A DNA stretch of 64,000 nucleotides from Meyerozyma guilliermondii. Taxonomy: Eukaryota. The stretch spans positions 620,001 to 684,000 of the forward strand of contig CP128815.1 in the NCBI GenBank assembly GCA_051546255.1. The letters run 5' to 3'. Of this stretch, positions 59,113-64,000 are shown one piece after another. A program made the translations under genes and the position numbers. The first letter of the stretch is position 1; every line of letters starts with the position of its first letter. The notes under the pieces were generated by a model that saw only the letters and a list, made by a program, of their open reading frames with translations, did no database searches and was not told the DNA's origin.

Positions 59113-62100
59113 ATGGGCTTTTTCACACGCAAGGTAAGTTTATCTTTAATTTCAACCTTCTGAACAACCTGATTTGCCCATATTCTACTCATACTGTTTC
59201 GATGGTTGCGAATACAAACATCCATGTTTTGGGCCAATTTTTTATAAATTTCCACTAACGCAGAAACGAGACTCGTATCTGGGGTTCACCAAGTACCATG
59301 ATGAAATTAATCGCTACCAGCTCTCTTCTAGTCTTCCGAGCAATGGTCTTCCAAATACCGGGCTTCCCACCACTTACCAAGGGTCCTACTCTCAAAACAA
59401 TACTTCCAATATAGCTCGAAGTCAGTCTCTCTCCAGTGGAGCGGGACAGGCGGCGATGGCAGCGCTCCGGATGCACAGTCAGCCACAACACACACCGTCC
59501 AATCAACCTCAAAGTGCCGCTTTTCGCCGGTCGAATTCATTGACGATAAACTCCAATAATCGCTCCAATTCCTTGCGTTCCTACACCTACAATCCCAAAC
59601 CCTCGTACGTGGCGGGACAGCCTGTGAACAGAGGACAGCCTTTGAGGAGCCCTGCGCAGCCTCGTTCGTATTCACTTACTTCTCAGCCAGGCCGTTCGTA
59701 TGGCTCGCAGCGGGTCAGCTCAATAAACTCTCGTACACCAATGCCTATCAATGAGCTTGAAGAAGACGCTGAATTGGAGGATGCGGTTATAACCATGCAG
59801 ACAACGAAAATGGTGGATGCTCAGGGCAGGTTAACGCTGATCACCACCAAGACCATCAAGACTTATGCTGATGGTTCTAAGGAGATCGAGACCACAAAGA
59901 GAAATATTTCTCGTAGCGGCTCGCGGACCAATTCTTTGACGGCTGCTCCTCGCAACAACTCAATTTTATCAGCTGGTGGAACCGCCTACAATTTATCCAA
60001 GATAGATGAGGACTTGAGAGATTTTGACTACAACTATGAGGAAGAGGGTCTTACCCTTAATCAAGGTCTAGGAGAACCTTTGAAATCATTAGATCTGGCA
60101 TCGAAGATACCACCTCGTGACCATTCGGCCGAACGTCGGAGGGATGAACTTCGGTCCTTGGAGTCCTCACCTTCAAAACCCCTTCGTTCCATTTTGAAAA
60201 ATACCCTGAGACCAAATTTTTCTCCAGAAGGCGAGTCGCTGGAAAATGTAGAAGAACCAGCTGGTCCTGCTATCGCTGCGGATCCTCTGACGCCAAACAT
60301 GTCACCCACGTTGAACCAGAAACCTTTTCAACCTCCCTCACTTTCCCAACCTCCCAAGATTAAAGTGCCTGCTACTCCAGATGCCTCTCATCTGGATCAT
60401 CGTTCCCTCCTGAGCAGCCAAGTATCCCCATCGGCTTACTCTTCGAGCCATAGAGATTATACACCCCCTCATAAGCGTCAATCAAGCTCACCAAATTCCT
60501 CAATTAAATTCGTGAGCAAGGTAGAGACGATACCCATCCCGCGGTCCGAACCCAAGCAATTGACAGAGCAGGAGCTTTACGCGAAAGCAATGGAGGTTGC
60601 CATGCAAAATGTGTACGGCACAAAGGAGGACCCCGAGGCATCGGGCATAGACTCGAAAGGTGACGTCAAAAAACTGGTTGTGAAAGACGCAACGAAGAGG
60701 AACACGATTGCTGCATCAACTCCTGGTGTCAGCGATAACTATGTGTATCAGAACCATCACAAGGAATTTCCAGCACACTCGATGAGAAGCGGTGACACCA
60801 AACTGACATCTCGAAAGGAGAGAGTCAAGGAAGAGAAAAAGAGAATCAAGGCTCAGGAGAAGGAAGAAAAGCAACAAAAGAAGTTGGAAGAAAAGGAAAA
60901 GAAAGAGGAAGAGAAGGAATTTACCAAGAAACCACAAGAGGTGGAAAAGGAAAAGAAGAAACAGGAAAAGAAACCTTTAAGAGAATTCTTCTTCGGTAGA
61001 CGCAAGAGCGCTTCTCATGAAGTAAATCAGACAACTCCACTTCCGCAGGCGCTGGAAGATCCTGTAAAAACCACTACCGAAGCTGATACAAATGCTGGTA
61101 ATACGTCGCATTTGCTTCCTGGCTCTTTCTTAACGTCTCCTGATTCTGAAACTCTGCCACAATTTGTCAACCACGACGCTCAAGATCGCGCTGCTTCTTT
61201 AGTGGAAACAATGCCAGAGTCGATTCCTGACACTGAACCATTGCCTGCACCAACAACCCACCTTGTCGCTGAGCCCTTGCCCAAACAGAGTGAGACGTCG
61301 CAGGACGACGTTATTGCGTCCACCACTGCTTCAACAAGAAAATTGAATGATCCATCTGAACCCACTGAAAACTTAAATTCAGCACCCCAGGACATTTTGG
61401 TTGACGTTCCTTCCATTGAAGAACAAGCTGTCGACCTTCCTTCGCCCGAAGGTGATACAGAACTGATAGAAGTACCTGTTTTGAATGAGGTTGCTAGTCT
61501 TAGTTCACAGGATGAAGACGAACTCGTAGACGAGACAGCCACCGCAAGAACATCCTTGGATCCTTGGGTTGGATCTGGCTCACTTCCTCTGCACACGTTC
61601 ATCTCAAAAGTTCAAGGCACATCAGAGGAGACTTTTGAAAAGGAACCGAATGAACAAGACAAATCACCTGTCGTTATTGAGAATTTAGCTGCCAGCAGCC
61701 CTTCTGAAGCGAATCAAGAAAATGAGAAGCTTTTGATACCCGAAACTGTACCTTTGTCTGCAGATGAACATAGTGAGAAAGTTTTTGACAATCTCGAAAT
61801 TGAACCCCACGAGTCTATTGAGGCAGATGCTGGAGAACCAGCAGCACCTATTCCTACCACTAGAACCTCAGAAAGCGTCGAAAGGTATAACGATGACTCA
61901 ATGGTGGCACATAGTTCAGAAAGTGGAGTCACAGCAAAACCTGAGCTTTTAACTAGAACTTCAGCAGAGGTCATACCAGCTCCAATTGCTGCTACAAGGA
62001 CGCCAGAAGAACCTGCAGAACCGGTACATACTGTTCTCACTTCGGAAGAAACTATATCAAGTCATCATGGTTTGAATGAGGAAAGCTTAGACAAATTCGG

Positions 62101-62299
62101 ACCAGGTCTTCAAGAACAGACTAACGGCACTTTGGATAATGATTCGAGTAATCCAATAGTTGAGACCCACCAGCCGGGTGATGAAAATGAGAAAGTGTCA
62201 AGTCCGTCTATCGAAGTCAACTCTCGTGGTGAACGCAAGAAGAAGAACAAATTTAAACATAAATTGTTCAAATACTTTATCAACTCTTACGATAAGTGA
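59113..62299 (+). CDS. MSC3: Msc3-like disordered cortical protein; exons 59113-59133 and 59264-62299
   Basis: Spliced start MGFFTRK|KRDSY; repeated RSxSL; block TTKMVDAQGR..ITTKTI..ETT; basic amphipathic C-terminus KKKNKFKHKLFKYF. Confidence 0.7.
59134..59263 (+). other. Intron of MSC3-like gene (130 nt)
   Basis: AAG|GTAAGT ... CACTAAC GCAG; phase 0; supplies an ATG for an ORF that the track starts at TTG. Confidence 0.85.
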
Positions 62300-62486
62300 A
62301 CCTAAGGACTAAAATCACTAAAGAGACCAAAAATTGTGGTTTACAATAATTTAATTGCTATTATATACTGCTATTGCTACTAATCTTTGCTACTATTTGC
62401 TACCCATTTGGTGATATCTACCAAACCTTATCACATCTCCTGTATATTACCCTACACCATAGGTGTGGCTTCGAAGTACTACTGCA

Positions 62487-64000
62487 ATGTCATCAGACGT
62501 TATCATTGACGACTACCAAGACGATATTATGCATGATGAACCAGTACAGATACCCATGTACGTCGAAAACACCAGGAATGCCTCATCAATCTCACGGGAC
62601 CACCATTCAGCTTTGGCCCAATCGGCTTACAAAGACCTCTGTTTCTCCTGTAGAATTGGAGATTATGATACCGCAGAGTCTATTATTACATCGACACCAG
62701 ACCTTGATATCAACATGGTGGATGAGTGGAACTACACACCTTTGATCCTTGCGTCTCTTTGTGGGCACAAAAATGTGGTTCAAATGTTGCTTTCAAGAGG
62801 TGCAGTTTGTGATCGTGATACCTTACAAGGAGCCAGATGTATCTACGGAGCACTCAACGATGAGATTCGGGACATTTTGATCAGTTTTGATATCTCCAAA
62901 AAGGATGCTGTGCAACCATTTGCGAGCCATCTCATCTCGCTCTTGAACCCTTTAAATGAACTTCGATACAATGATATCGTACTTTCTTCTGATACGGAAT
63001 TTTACTTGAATCGATTTGTCCTAGCATTAAGAGGTGATCTTTTTCGAAAATATCTCGCAAAAGATGGGCAGTGGGCTACAAGCACCGAGGTAGTTGTTCC
63101 CAAGTCGTTTTCGTCTACGATATTAAAATGTATTGTGGACTACATATATGTGAAAACCGACACTTTACCGTTAAACAACTCACAGATTCAAAGATATTTG
63201 TTCGAAGCATGTAATGAGTTTCAACTCGATGAATTGAAAAGCTCCATGGAAACAGTTTTGAGCGAGCCGGACCGTCGATTACAGGCAAAAGCTCGCCATC
63301 AAATGGAATATAATATAGTTAAGACGGCACAGGAGGACCTAGAGCGATTCGTTGACGAAGTGCTATTGAAGAGCAAGATCGAAGTGCCGCTCGATGTGAA
63401 GCTGGATACTGATTTCGACGATTTTGAGCCAAGTCGCTTTATTAGCGACGACATGAAAAGGCAGGTTTTAGAGTCAGAGACGTTTGCCGATATTCTCTTG
63501 GCGGTTGTAGATACCGACAGCATGAAGGTGGTTTTCTATCCAGTGCACAAGGCTATTGTTGCCCGGTCAGAGTATTTTGAAACCATGTTCAAGTCAGATC
63601 TATTTGCAATGACAGTGCCTGATCCTCCTGCTATTACCAAGGGAGATACCCAGATTATCAAAAGACACGAGCTTCTCCCCGAGCACATTCCTGTGGTGCG
63701 AATGTTCATGAGTACATTGGGACAAGAGGTAGCTGACATAGTCATATCGCATCTATACAGAGACTATGTTCACGCTATTCCCCCAGAACTTACGGTGGAT
63801 GTGCTCTACGCTGCGGATGAACTTTACTTAGACCGCTTGAAGCGGATGTGTGCTGTGAACTTGACATCCCGGTTTGCACAATTTAGCTGGAACGAGTATG
63901 TTTCCTGTGAATCAATTTATGGAGTTGATATTTACGACTTTATGAGAATAGCATGGGCCACTCGGTGCGACAGAATAGAGCACCATATATCGCAAATGCT
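62487..64000 (+). CDS. Ankyrin-repeat/BTB protein (ABTB1/YIL001W-like), 3' end runs off the window
   Basis: Manual translation: LCFSCRIGD...DINMVDEWNYTPLILASLCGH..VVQMLL.RGAVCDRDT..GARCIYGALNDEIR; later YPVHKAIVARSEYFETMF BTB motif. Missing from the ORF track, presumably because no stop is reached. Confidence 0.88.
   Translation, partial: MSSDVIIDDYQDDIMHDEPVQIPMYVENTRNASSISRDHHSALAQSAYKDLCFSCRIGDYDTAESIITSTPDLDINMVDEWNYTPLILASLCGHKNVVQMLLSRGAVCDRDTLQGARCIYGALNDEIRDILISFDISKKDAVQPFASHLISLLNPLNELRYNDIVLSSDTEFYLNRFVLALRGDLFRKYLAKDGQWATSTEVVVPKSFSSTILKCIVDYIYVKTDTLPLNNSQIQRYLFEACNEFQLDELKSSMETVLSEPDRRLQAKARHQMEYNIVKTAQEDLERFVDEVLLKSKIEVPLDVKLDTDFDDFEPSRFISDDMKRQVLESETFADILLAVVDTDSMKVVFYPVHKAIVARSEYFETMFKSDLFAMTVPDPPAITKGDTQIIKRHELLPEHIPVVRMFMSTLGQEVADIVISHLYRDYVHAIPPELTVDVLYAADELYLDRLKRMCAVNLTSRFAQFSWNEYVSCESIYGVDIYDFMRIAWATRCDRIEHHISQM

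Noticed and set aside
62374..62745. 123-aa ORF
   Set aside because: Off-frame overlap with the real ankyrin/BTB gene that starts at 62487.

Overview
Gene-dense nuclear DNA from a budding yeast of the CUG-Ser (CTG) clade. CTG codons fall at invariant Ser positions of conserved proteins (e.g. PPH3 DLLW-S-DP, TVW-S-APNY), so the ORF track mistranslates them as Leu. I can support about 43 protein-coding genes, mostly housekeeping (NRK1, KRE33, LSM2, RFT1, HAP3, NCL1, RRN10, PIM1, MCM2, PPH3, RPS30, EFM7, NPA3, EMC3, COX20, PEX1, PSF1, MED11, FOL3, CMR1, ASC1, GCN3, RPC37, DBP7, DCS1, MDM12, MSC3). Seven genes have spliceosomal introns that the ORF track misses. There are four RNA genes: SRP RNA (about 7364-7619), initiator tRNA-Met, tRNA-Cys(GCA) and snR24/U24 inside the ASC1 intron. 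I found no mobile element, rRNA or CRISPR array. The best candidate for an undescribed system is a possible catabolic mini-cluster at 54.4-58.8 kb (Dal5-type permease, Gfo/Idh/MocA oxidoreductase, LigB-type dioxygenase) whose promoters share a CCGCAT(T)CG motif. Other leads are an Ndt80 paralog paired head-to-head with an orphan ORF, a truncated Hrd1-like ligase, a membrane-anchored GH125 mannosidase, an 11-nt minisatellite and a recurrent GG(C/T)TGC(A/G)AA promoter motif. All gene names come from motif recognition by eye, not from database searches.
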